From Isurus oxyrinchus (lineage: Eukaryota): a DNA stretch of 64,000 bases. Below are positions 13,881 through 26,593 of the stretch, piece after piece (the stretch's first letter is position 1; each line of letters begins with the position of its first letter). The position numbers were made by a program, and so were the translations under genes. The notes beneath the pieces were generated by a model that saw only the letters and a list, made by a program, of their open reading frames with translations, did not search any database and had not been told where the DNA came from. The stretch lies in NCBI GenBank assembly GCA_026770705.1, contig JANJGN010000008.1, positions 170,748,001-170,812,000 of the forward strand. Direction: 5' to 3'.

Positions 13881-16499
13881 CTGTGGGGTGGGGAGTGGAG
13901 GGGGTGGAGGGGGTGGGGGTGGGGGTGAGGAGGGGGGGGGGGAGTGGAAGGATAAATATTAAAACATTTTGGTACCTTTTGTCAAATCGGCTAACCCCTT
14001 ACATCTTTTTAGGGTGGCTACGAATGTTCTGTCGCCGCCTATAACTGTGTTTATAAACAGGTTCTTTTTGAATATCTTGAGGATGCCGCGTACACAACAA
14101 CCAAATCCAACCCAACAGCACCCTCCCCCATCGCCTTCACCTCAGGTTCCCCACCTTGCAAAACCCAACCGCTTTTCAGTCGCTAAAGACGTTAACCATT
14201 CGCTGTGGAGTTGGCCAGTCCTTATTTACCCTCGTGATAGTCAATTAACAGAACTAACTGTGGTCCTTTTGCTGCCGAACACATCCAGAATGCGTTTGCC
14301 TTTAATTGTCCGTCTGAAATGTAATTTTAAAAATCATCCACAGTCGTGGTTGGAGTGTGTAATTTCATCCTTATCTGATGAAGTCCTGACCACCCTTAAA
14401 CAGTCCAGTCACTGTCGGTGCTAAACCAGTTCCACCGTGACGCCCGAATTATAGGCATTTAGTATTTTTTAAAATCGTTATTATTGTAACGCAATTCCAT
14501 GCAGAAAGGCATTTAGTTCATTTTACAATCAGTCGTTATTTCGAATACGAGTTGCTCCTGTTTTTAAGAGTTCAAAGTTGAAGCAGTTGGTGGGGCCCAT
14601 TGGGAAAATATTTTTTCGTATAGAATCCGGATTATACCGCCTGAACCTTTTTAAGGTCCCACTTTCGTTAACTACTCCAAACACTAAAGAAGCAAATTAT
14701 TTCGTTTTTTCTCATCAAGGCAGTTAGAAATTTAAACTATAAAAATGTACCTATGGAAAACTCCGAGCTGTTCATAATCTCAAACTTTAACTTTTTCCCG
14801 CTAAAGGTTGTGATAATTTAATGGCATCGCTGTGATTAACTTTCATTTTAAGCTGGAGCATAAACATATCTAAGTGACTCCTTCCCATCTTCCACAAACG
14901 CTGCGCATTTATTCTGTTTCATGTAACATGTCAAATATATTTGGCTAATTCGGTGCCTGCTGGAAAAGGACATGCGTGTTCAAATAAACACCAGGGCTGA
15001 ATTTGGCGAGTTGCTTTAAATTACGTGGCGCGGTCCTCTCATTAGAAGATCATGCATAAAACATTACGCTCGGTGCAAAACCGCATCATTAAAAAAATTA
15101 ACTATTTAAATGAACTATGTAAATAAAAGAGTGTACTGCGGAATTGTCGCACGGGAATATCTGACGGTTACGTGTGAAACCCCGAGTAAATAGTCCTGAT
15201 TTTTAGATATGTTTATTACCAGCAGCATTTCACTTTAAGGGTTCACTTAATTGGCGCTGAGTGTAGATTTTGTCAATTAGACGATCATTTTTTCCCCCAT
15301 ATTCTCAACCACAGACTCACGTGTGCCCCAACTTTCGAAAGGTCCTGGTTTTCCAGTATTCGCATATTAATGCGGGGGCATCTAGTGTTTCATTGCGTTA
15401 CAATAAAAAAGGCGGAAACATGTTCTTTAATGCAGTAATGGGCAACAGCAAACTCGTGACCGATCTGCCATCAGTTCAGAAGGGTTTATTTTCTTTCATC
15501 GTCCCTACCCAATTTCGATAGCTGGAAAAAGCTACAGGGTGAACCTGTTCAGTCGAAACAAAACAGCGCGCATCGCTCTGCATTTCGCCGCAAGTTAAAT
15601 TCAGACAATAGTTAACTAATGTCTCATAGTCCATTTAACGTCACAAACAACCCCAGCACAATTAAACCAGATAACCGCAGGTTGGTGCCTGCTTTTCAGT
15701 TGCTAAAATAGCTACCCAATGAATTGAGAATGTTTTGTGTTCTGCCGTTTATTCTAATAGACTTTTCCCGCTGGATGATGTTCATTCGCTCATATTTAAC
15801 TGCACCGAATCATAGTCGCTGCCATTAAATTTTATCTAACGCAATTAGAACACAATTAAGCATAATTAGAATACTTAACAGAAGCCACATTTCGCTGTTT
15901 TTATTGTACTCTATTTTTGACGTGTTTAGTGCCAATATATTGTTTTTTTTAAAAGAAATGTGTATTAAGTGCCTCCAGTAGCTGGTTACAAGCGACTTCG
16001 GCCTTGCATAAATTTAATTGGGTGCTTGTATTAAGTATCCGGAGTCATCTCTATCGGAGATGGATAATCCTCTGGCTTTGCTATATTCCTCAGCATTGTA
16101 ACAGGACTCTGCAGTTAAATACATCTTAAACCTTGGTATCTCGTTGCATAAAACAATTAAAGAAAAGGCCCTACATAAATTATTCCGGCCCAGTTCGTCA
16201 CTTGAAAGAAATGCTCCCACTTTCCCTCGGCTTCAATAGGTAACAAATACGGTATTTGTTCTGAAGTACTTATTATTTAAAAAAAGTCTTTAGTTTACGC
16301 ACATGGGTTCAGATAAGGATGGCAGTAATGTTTAACGTTACCTAGGGAGGAGGAGGAGGAGGGGGGGAGGTATCAGTCCAAGTCCGACTATTCCACGTAA
16401 TTCTTGTAAAATTGTAATATTCTGCATGCAAAATATTGGGCCTCTGGTTCGCTCCAGGTTATAGCTGACATTGACTTTTTTTTTAACATGTCTAGGTAC

Positions 16500-16702
16500 C
16501 TGTAGTAATCCTCTTTGCAATAGATGCTGCCATCCTTAGCGAAGCAGGTCAGTTCGGATTCCAGGGCCAGTTTACATTCACAGCACTTGAGGCAGCGCAT
16601 GTGCCACTGTTTGTCCACAGCCAGCAGATAATAACGGTCTGAGATCTTCCCCCCACAGCCAGCACACACAGCCGGTCTCTCGCTACTAATGGACGGCATA
16701 GT
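16500..16702 (-). CDS. LHX2: LHX2 coding exon 2, LIM domain 1
   Basis: TMPSISSERPAVCAGCGGKISDRYYLLAVDKQWHMRCLKCCECKLALESELTCFAKDGSIYCKEDYYR. Acceptor TTTTTGCAG|ACT, donor AG|GTACCT, 203 bp, frame-consistent with neighbours. Confidence 0.97.
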
Positions 16703-18301
16703 CTGCAAAAACACCAGCGGGATATACCCCATCAGCACCCACTTGGCAACGCACCAGAGACAGGGTTACATCTTACCATCTGGGAAAAGAGCTAACACCA
16801 TCCATTAAATCAACCGTGTATCAGATCATTTTTCAAGTTTGGTGGACTGAATTCCACCGCAATGTTTTATTTTTTTCATTTTTTTTATTTTTGCAAATGA
16901 TATAATGGACACAGTCTAAAAAAAAAAGTTTTAGGATATGTTCTAACCGAAGCTGTGCTGTTTAGTAACAAGTTACTGATTAACCGAATGACGAATATCT
17001 ATGCAATTCATCAAAATTGCAAATACGCGTTTCATTCTCTCAATTCGTCGCGTTATAAATATCGCACATTTATTGCTTGTGCCGGTCCTTGAGATACCGA
17101 TACGTTCAAATTCTCACAGACATTCAAAAGGAACAACTACATAAGTAACCATGGTCTACCTGCTCCGCTATACACAAAGACCCTAGCTTACATCCATCAT
17201 TACAACCGCAGTTTAAGACATCTCACCAGTGTTGAAGTGCAGAATATGCCCGCCACCAATTCCACTTTATCGAATGTATTTTGCATATTATGGATCCCTA
17301 TTCCTTCCCCAAACTATTAATCACATTCTCTTGTAATAACTGTCACATTTGAAGTCGCGGTTTTATGACATGTGTTATTATTTATGATACAGGCCTTTCC
17401 TGAGCTGGGCTCATCCTGAAGTCTGAGTGACCTAGGGAAACAACCCATTACGGACAATTCTTTGCAAGCAGTGGTGTAAAATAGACGTCTCCGAATGAAC
17501 TCAAAGCGAGCTTGTGTGTTCCAACAAATCCCGGGCAAGGTTTTGAAGTGCATTCGATGGAGCTAGTTGCCAAATGTGTTATGTTATGTTCTTAGATTCA
17601 ATTGATATATTTTACGAAGTTAACCCACTTTTTGTTTCACCTTTTACCTCAAAAGCTTAATATTAAGCAATATGCATTCCGACAAAATATCTTCAGCGAC
17701 CGTGTTTTGATTTTTTTCTTCAGTTATTCCGCCTACATCCCCCCTCCCCATCGTCCTTGGTCTGAACATACCCACTAGCTGTAATCACCGTTTCAATTTG
17801 AAAAGAAAACTACATCGAATTCAAGGCAAACACCGAATACCTTTGAATTTTTATGACTTTTTTTTTAATAAAAAGTTGGATTACAATCCAAACTGGTCGG
17901 ATCTGGTCGTAGGTAGAGTTTTTAAAGACTGGTTAGAATTCTCTAAAGTTGCTGGGTCTTGCCCCCCCACCACCCTCCAAGTACATCTTCATTTAAATTG
18001 ATTAATTTTAATGCCTAATGAAATCGTACAAATCGGACAAGTACCCCAAATGATGTCGGTAAGACTCCAGACTGACTCCTGATGACTTAGCTTCAACATT
18101 TAAGACATTTTTTTTTTGGTATCTTTGCGGTTAATGTGCGCTCAATTATACGGACGCTGCACACAAAAATGAATAAAAATACAGAACTTCGTGAAGCGTA
18201 GGTGCATAAAATGATTTTTAAAATAACAACTGCCCAATCCCAGGGCAGTCCTCTATAGATTTGTATTATCATTATTATTGTATGAAGCTCTTGTTGCCTA
18301 C

Positions 18302-18475
18302 CGTTTCTCTCTCCCCCATGTCTACCCCCGAGCTGATGGCTGGCTCGTTCTTGGATCGTCTTTCCATCTGCTCCATAACTCCCTGCATTTCACCCCCCGA
18401 GATTCCGTGGAAAAGCATCGCTGACTGACGGATATTACACGTGTCTTGTTCAGATTTCGAGCCCAGAACTTCCAT
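18302..18475 (-). CDS. LHX2: LHX2 coding exon 1 (MEVLGSKSEQDTCNIRQSA-MLFHGISGGEMQGVMEQMERRSKNEPAISSGVDMGERET); alternative in-frame ATGs at 18418 and 18499
   Basis: Matches the LHX2/LHX9 N-terminus (MLFH..SG.E..GV...M.RR.K.E.AISS..D.G..ET). Phase-0 donor ACG|GTAGGC at 18302/18301. The start codon used is uncertain. Confidence 0.9.
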
Positions 18476-18649
18476 AAGTCGCAGACCTAGCCCATGCATT
18501 TAGGCACCGATCTCTAAATCTCACCCTCAATTTTTTGGTTTTTTTTTTCCAAAAAAAAATATCAAATAAAAACGAGGTCAAGCCACAGGTCCGGAAACAA
18601 AAAAAAAAGAGTAACAGAAGAAGTAGTAGAAGAAGAGGGGGGAAAAAAA

Positions 18650-18968
18650 AGAGACAAATAATCACGTCACTTGGAACCGTTTTTTTTTAAGGGGGGGAGA
18701 GAGAGAGAAGCCCGCTCTCTTTAAACAGCTCCCATCAGGATGTGTTGTCGATAGTTGATCACATGGAAAGAAAAAAAACCAGGGGGGTTTTTTTTGCAAT
18801 GTCTGATCTCGATGCAAAAAAAAAGCTGCAGACTTGAAGGCTTGTTGTTTTTAGTAAGTTACTCTTCTGCAAAGCAAAGCCTTGTGTGAGTAATTGGGGA
18901 GGAGGAGCTCGCTCTGCATTTAGTGTAATCCTTTAACGCCACTGACTTGCAAAGCTTTTTTCTTTCTC

Positions 18969-19014
<46 letters not shown>

Positions 19015-19340
19015 GATTGACAGCTCCGACCAGCGCCGGCTCCGCGCCTTTTCTATCGGGACACGTCCGTCGCCGCCCCCCTCGGGTACCTATTGGCTGC
19101 CTGGACGTCACCTCCTTCCTATTATAGCAGCGCGTGCTGAGGGCTTTTTACTTTTAAAGGGAAACTGCTGAGGTGCCATAGAGGAGAGAGGAGGGGAGGG
19201 GAGGGGAGCGGAGGAGGGGTTGGATTGTGGGGGGAGGAGGGAGGAGGGAGGAGGGAGGGTGGGAGTGGGGGGGGGGTTAAGAAACATTTGGAGAGTTCAA
19301 CATTTTTTACAGACTTAAAGGCGCAGGGCCGTAATTAGTT
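18650..19340 (-). promoter_or_regulatory. Probable LHX2 proximal promoter / 5' UTR
   Basis: Directly upstream of exon 1. GC/CpG-rich core at 19020-19140, CCAAT box (tattggc near 19091), TGACGT half-sites (near 18663 and 19105), TAATCC near 18926, GA tract, and G-rich purine tract 19180-19276. The TSS cannot be determined. Confidence 0.6.
18966..19010. repeat. (CT)n/(GA)n microsatellite
   Basis: About 22 CT units with one interruption. Confidence 0.95.
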
Positions 19341-19994
19341 CGTCTCATCGTTACCCTTTAAATCAATCTCGAGCATACCACACGCGTTCGGGTCATTGCA
19401 GTAATGACCCTGGGTAACTCGACTTCACCAGATAGCTACTCTCCAAAAGCTACTATAAAACTTCAGGCAGTCACGTATAATAAACAGAAAGTAGAGATTC
19501 CGGGAGCACACCCTCTTCTCGGTGCGTGTTTACAGCAGTTAAATCGATTGCACAGCACAGCACAGTACACCCATTGACAAGACGCGGGACAAAAAACTGG
19601 GATTCCAAGCAATTTCGAATGATCGATTATCAATTGCTTTAAATTGGATTAGAATGGCACAATATGTGGATTCAACTGCACGAGGCAGGTGTATTCGTTA
19701 CTCCTATTCTGTTCCCAAGAGCCAATCCAACTCTTTAAACGCATTTTCAATCTTCCCCTTTAAAAAAAAATATAGTGCATTATAGTGGGGGGTAGAAGAT
19801 CCATATTATCACTGCAGTTTTATTCCGTTGGTTGAAGATGCATGCATACTCTATAGCAAGTGATATTCATCACCGGAACAGGCCATGCATCTTGTATCAT
19901 ATGAAACCGACTTACATCACTGCTTTCTGTCAACTGTTCTTGGCCACAGTGACAAATGTAACAAAAAAAATAGATAAAAGTTTCACCGAAACCT

Positions 19995-20820
19995 GGAGGT
20001 GTTGAGAAGCGTGGGGAGGATAGTCATCGACTTGCAAGGGGACAGAGGCAGGCTGGTGGAATGGGCGGACACGTGGCAGATGACATGTAATGCAGAGGAG
20101 TGTGGAGCGATTCACGTTGGCCAGAAGAATGAGGGAGGGGAGGGGAGGGGAGGGGTGGGGGTGCGTGTGCAGAAACAGGGAGGACCTGGGGGCATTTGTG
20201 CAAGCTGAAGGTCGCCGGGCCGGGTTGAGAAAGTGGTTTGGGATCACTTTCCCACAGTAGATAGAGACATGGAGCAGACGTTGTGATGAACCTTTATAAA
20301 ACATTGGTTCGGCTTCGGTTTTGTGTCCAATTCTGGGCACCGCACTTTGGGAAAGACATGAAGGGGTGCAGGAAAGAGTGCGGGTTCGAAGGATGAGAGG
20401 CTAGTCTGGTGAAGCCGGGGTTCTTCTGCCTACAGAAGGGAGCATTGAAGTTCGATCATGTTTAAAATCATGAGGGGTCTAGAGTTGGCAGGGAGACACT
20501 CTGCCTGTTGGCGGAAGGGTCGAGAACCAGAGGACGCTGATTTAAGATATTTGCAGAAGAAGCAATGATGGCGTAAAGAAAAATCCCTCCTGGAGCAGCC
20601 AGCGGTTCGGGTTTGGAACCTCCTGTTAGAGGGTGGGGAAAGCAGATTTAGCTGGGATTTCAAAAGGAAATTGGGTGAACACCTGAGGAAGACTAAGAGA
20701 AGTTGGACTGCGGGGAAATGGGGCAGGGCAGTGGGAGGCAGGCTTGCTCTTTCAGAGAGCTAGCACAGACAGGACTGGCCCAATGGCCTCCTCCTGTATT
20801 GTAACCATTTTGTGATCCCA
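19995..20820 (+). mobile_element. CR1-type LINE fragment (RT C-terminal region and 3' UTR)
   Basis: LQGDRGRLVEWADTWQMTCNAEECGAIHVGQKN matches the CR1 LQxDLDRLxxWAxxWQMxFNxxKCxVxHxGxxN motif. Confidence 0.85.
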
Positions 20821-20989
20821 TGCTTCTATGAAACATGGTCGGTGGTCATTTGCTATTTGTTAAGGGCAGCATTTCAGATTGCCATGTCCAAATATAAAAC
20901 AAAGGGCAGAAGAGCACCGTTTTAAAACCAACAAGAAGATTTCATACCACAGCGGCCACAGCATACAACACCATTTCACTTAACCAGGC

Positions 20990-21345
20990 GTATAAGGGGC
21001 ATAGATGGGGTAGATAGGAAGAAACTTTTCCCCTTAGTGGAGGGGGTTAATACCCAGGGAACACAGATTTAATGTAAGAGGCAGGAGGATAAGAGAGGAT
21101 TTGGGGGGGGTGGTGGGGAATCACCCAGGTGGGGGTTATCTGGAACTCGCTGCCTGAAAGGTTAGTAGAGGCGGGAACCGTCACAACATTTAAGAAGTAT
21201 TTAGATGAACATTTGAAACGCCATAGCATACAGGGCTACGGGCAAGGGCTGGGAAATAGGGTTCAAGTGGATCGGGGCTTGATGGCCGGGATGAACATGA
21301 TGGGCCGAAGGTCTTCTTCCCGTGCTGTAAACTCTATTACTTTAC
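20990..21345 (+). mobile_element. CR1-type LINE 3' fragment
   Basis: IWNSLPERLVEAGTVTTFKKYLDEHL plus a gatgggccgaagg 3' UTR. Confidence 0.85.
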
Positions 21346-24300
21346 ATGATTGGCTCGTTTGGACACTTTAAACTGTGTAGATAGCAGCAATTTAAGGACC
21401 AAACTACTTTTTTTTTCCAGATGTGTCTTTACAAAGGTCTTCTTGACGACTCTAGCCCATATTAGCACAAGTTAAATAGCCAGAAATGTGACTTACTCTA
21501 CAGAAACTATATAATCAGACGGCTAATCAATGGCAAGACCCACTGTGCCATGTATTAAGTTAACTTGTAACTAATTGGTTAGCTATATACTTGCAAGATA
21601 TTTTATGGCAAATCCAGTGGGTATGGTGTGATTATTTTTCCAAAAGGGCAACGAAATTCACACTCAATGGTGAAGGTCCATGACTAGGTGAGCGTTAAGC
21701 CTGTTACTATTGGAATACTGCACAAAACATGGCCGAAGATATGTTTTACCCCATTGGTTGTCAGTATCCACAGGCCCGCTTGCAGCTCTTAGCCGTGGCT
21801 GGCACACGAGAGGGATGGTCACCTTTGGACAGCGGCCTGCCTTGCAAATGGGGCTTCATGATAGGGAGAAATGTTTGAATGACCCGAGAACATGTTGGCA
21901 TTTGCTTGCCATGTGTCAGCCAACTCAGTCACTTGGGTGCATAAAAGGGGGGAAAAAAACCAAATTCGACTAACTGCGGAATATGTAATTAGACTAACAT
22001 GGAATGTATATATATATGTATACATATATATAAAATTAGGTATTAGAGAAAGAGAACGAGGTAACTGGAATGGTAAGAGGTTTTTTTTAACGCAGGGGGT
22101 ATTATTGTCCAAGTCGGAGCCTCCTAGGGATTGTGATGTATCTGCAGTTGGGACCATGGAGAAGTTTGTAGCAACGAGAGACCTGTGACCAATAGCAGCA
22201 TACATATAAATACCCCACCCATTGTAAACATTAGATATATATTATGTGTGTGAGAGAGAGAGGGAGAGAAAGACAGGGAGAAAATGTGTTTGTGTGATCG
22301 AGTTGTTTTAATATTGACCAACGTATAAAATCACGGTGCATGGGACAGCACACAATCGAATAAAGTACACGGGCATGATCTATTTAAAGAACACCGTGCA
22401 ATTATCATTCCAAACTGTCCTATGCGTTTTGCTTCATTGCAGAAGGAGTTAATGCTGCAGTACTTGAATAGTCGTTTAATAAAACCATTAAAACAAACCC
22501 TTTGCCCGTTTACAAGCGGGTCTCTTTCTAATTACAATACCTTGCTGACAGCATCTGAATTGGTAATTGTTTCTTATCCTGAGTACAAAACCGGGGGACA
22601 ATTTGTAGATATTGATAATTCTGTAGGTAATGATTCCCTATGCAAATGAAAAGCAGTTTGTAAATTAACAAATTGAAGTGTTGCATCTATAATTTAACTC
22701 AAGAAATCCTGTGTGTACGTATTACTGGTGGGATCCACACGTTGTAAACTTAAAATGCAAATAGATGTAGTGCATAGCAGTTATAGTCAATGGGCGTTAT
22801 GTAAATGCACAGACCTTTCGTCAATAAACAAATAACTGATCAAAGTTGTTACATGTTTGAATAATCCGGAGATAACCGATTTGGTGCATTATTTTTCTAC
22901 TTACTCGTGCTTCCGTTGTAAATCTCCATTTCTAATAGATGAAAGTTTATTCCCTTTTTGTGACAAAGGGAACTCGTGTGCGCCTATGGGGAAGCTTTGA
23001 ATACGTCGCAGGGGTAATCTGAGGCAAATGAATGTTCTGTACTTCTGAGAGTCCTTTCTGCAGCTTCATCTCCCTTCTGCCTAGTGGGTATGCAGTACAT
23101 CCTAAACTAGATGTCATTTTTAGCACTTTCAGTTTAAATCATTTCTTTGAAGTATAATTACAATTTAAAGCGCCAAATGGAATATAAACATATACGTTCA
23201 GACGGTGTTTTCCCACAACAGTCAGGATTTTGGATCCTACGGTAAACTGAAAACTGAGTCAAACGTTAGCCCAATGCCATGTTATCGTTAAATCCCCAAT
23301 TCGTGGATCCCAGGCGTGACGTCTGAACTTTCTTTTCTGCATTGCAATTAAAATAATTCCTATCGGAATATTCACACGACATGTATTGCAAATATAGCTG
23401 ATTGCGCCAACCATTAAACATAACGCACGGTGGGTGTTGGGAACCTTGTTTGACACAGACTACAACCAGATCGCCTTAGAAAACAGAAATAATCATGTTA
23501 GCCCAGGGAGCCGAGCGCGCCCAATCAGAACAAGATTAAACTTGGAAATCAAGGCTTTCTGTGGTGATTACAGAGAAGCCGGGGGCCATACTGGATACAG
23601 CTGTAATTCAAACAAAAGCTAAAGTGAAACCAGCGCCAGATCTAATCCATAGAGTCGAACATGTATATACTGTATGTGTTTATTTATCTCGCAAATCGTA
23701 TTTGTCCACGGTTCTGCCTCTGTCAATTTGCAAGGTCATGGTTATATGGAATCCACGTGTATAGACAGATAGACGGGCCCTGGCAGAGTTTCTGTTGTCA
23801 TTTAATCCATAGCGCTAACTATAGGTGGGGATTCTCTCTGCATACCAAATGAGGGGAATTATAGTTTAATTTTTTTTTATAATTTTGTGCCAATAAAGTA
23901 CGGTCTGCATTCGCTTCTGCCGAACATGTTCACGGGAAGATTTAAATCAGCTATGGACCAGTAGATAAAAAAATAACGGTTGAAATGTAATCATTACATT
24001 GATTGTCTAGGGCTGTTCTGGAAGTAAAACAGGAGTGTGTGCTCGTAGGAGATGTTGATAGTGTAGATTGTGTCTGCAAGTTGGATTTCCTGCGCCGGGT
24101 AAAAGGTGACAGGTGAACAAATCGTAGGCCTGGAGCTGCAAGAAACAGCCTCTCCGTGTAAACGTCACCATCTCCTGTACCATCTGCTGTCAGCCAGGCT
24201 ACCACACTAACACACAAAGGTACCAGCTTCCAGCCAGCAACCGTGACTAACTCCTAACAATAGAATTCAAATCGCAGACTGCTTAATCCACGGGATCGAG

Positions 24301-26559
24301 GTTTGCACAGATAACTGACAGGTTGTAGATTAGTTACAATTACCTAGCAAATCTCTTGATATTAATAGGTGACATTAACGATCACTATATTCCTCCCTAC
24401 TTAAATGATTTGATCAGAATAGAAAATGGAAGTACTTCATTTGATATAAATTAAACCGTGAATTAAAACCTGTAATTGCTCTTGGCGCCTAATATATTGC
24501 TTGATGTTGGTTTTGTATCTTCATATACTGTGATTGACACGCTGTAATTAATCATCGTTATTGCTCTTGTAACTGCCTTTATTTTGAAACGCTCATCAGT
24601 GATTTTTTCCGACTACAATAATCAGGCGTTTTATTTTCGTGCGCTTTTTTTTCTAAATGAAATGATGGAATAATAGATTAAATTGCAAATAATATGCTTA
24701 CACGAGCAATCTAATGGTGCATTGATGGCACATTTTGATTGTGGAAACCCTTGCGAATCATGTTTAGGTTTGCTGCTCTGTCTAATTCTCTCTTCCTGCG
24801 AAGGTTTTAGTTAAGTTCAGTTGCATTTCATTTGCTAAACAGTTGCTGTTTTTTTTTCCCCCCGTGGAAAAGGCTGTTCGTAATTATCAGTGATGGAAAG
24901 TTGAAGTGAATATGTATGTTCGAATTTAAATACACGGGGGTGAGAGGGAGAGAGGGAGGGATTGTTAACACTGATAGGCAGAAGGAGTACAAGATTTCAC
25001 TCCAGTGTGTCATCACAATGCATGTTTATCGACTAAACGGCTAAACTTTAACAATGTGATAACGTTCATGAAACAACCTGAACACACTTTGGCAGCATTG
25101 CGTTCACAGTTTTAATTCCTCACAGTAATCGGGGCCGGTGGGAGGCTGGGGACGTCGACGACTCAAAGTGATTTTCTAATGTCTGAATGTCTCGAATGTC
25201 TGAGGCCCTTCACCCACACGCGGTCTCTGCTCTCCAATGCTACATCACCTCCCGCGTCTGACAGAAGGGAGCGTTCAAGTTAGTCAGCAGGAGGCGCTCA
25301 CAAACTTGCCGGGAACAACAAAAGATGCAGCACGCGAGCAGGAGCGGAGCGCTTCAGCCAGGCCATTAGGAACTGTTACCATTCTCACACTAATGGCTCG
25401 AGTTGAAATTTGGCTTACGTAAGCATTTGACCTCGTGATCCCAGAGAAATGTGAGAGAAGTTTTTTTTTTCATAAACCGAACAACCGTAAAGCAAACACT
25501 TGGACTATAGGCTCCTGGTAAACTTCAACAACATAATTTAAATGAGTCAACGTGTGGATGTCGGGCTATGTATGGGAGGGGCGTAAAACCTACCTGCTTT
25601 AATTGAACAGAAGTTACTGCCTACTGACAACTTCATTTGTCATGGTCTCAGCGCCTATATTTCATTTCAGAAGCTGGATCCCAAGACGTGAAGAGTGGGT
25701 GTTATGGGAACTCCACATCACAATGTACCACACTCCACCAGCTCAACACCACACGTAAATACAAATTGAAATATTCATATAAATCATAAAACACTCTCCT
25801 TTTAACACTAACGTGTAATTCAGTATAAATGGAAATACCTATTACTAAAGAGGATTGTATGTGTCATGAATGGAAGGTTCCAGTTCAGTTATGTCCCACT
25901 TGTCCCATGCTCTGTATTGACTGAAGTCTGGGATACAACTCAATGAGTTTGCAATAGTGATCGGTGTCTCTCCCTCGCTGTTCTGAACGTACCCATACGT
26001 AGTGTCCATTCAGCATGAACGACAGGTCAACCTTTACCAATGAGTTTAATAATGAGTCATTAATGCCATTTTAGAAAGAGGATATTAACAGGCTCAGATT
26101 TAACTAGGGCTTGGTTTAAAAAACAATTCTCATCATTCCCCAACTCCGATTTTAGTGTTCAATCAACTCATTTTCTCAATGTGGTGATGAAATTAATTCA
26201 TGAGTGTTGATTTTTCGGCCTGTGCCAAACCAGCCTGTGCTCCCCCGCTCCAGCTATACTATCATTCAGACAGAACCGAATCTCCACAAAACATTTCACT
26301 AGGATTTTTTTTTTACTTTCTAGTTGACAATAAAAGATGTATTTCAAGCATAGCATGTTTCACTAATAAAGCTGTTTAATTATGATTATATGCCCTATGT
26401 ATTCTATCTCTAACGTTTCCTGTCTCGACATACATGTTTTAGAAAGTACAGCTGTTTAACTGATTGTCAGCGCTATCGCATTACTCGAATGTGTGTCGGT
26501 GCATCCTTCTTTCTGATTGTTTACAACTTCGTGAGTGTCCGAATCCGATATAACCCTGC

Positions 26560-26562
<3 letters not shown>

Positions 26563-26590
<28 letters not shown>
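26563..26590. repeat. (TG)14 microsatellite
   Basis: Perfect TG run. Confidence 0.95.

Positions 26591-26593
<3 letters not shown>

Noticed and set aside
11889-14424. Long plus-strand ORFs (215, 138, 112 and 151 aa)
   Set aside because: No recognisable domains; they include microsatellite and G-run translations and lie antisense within LHX2 introns or exon 3.
1682-18475. Calling the gene LHX9
   Set aside because: TMPSISS, AISS, WHMRC, RDLVYHLNCFTCTTCNKML, AHFNH and AYNAALSCNEND are LHX2-type and outweigh the LHX9-like sites.
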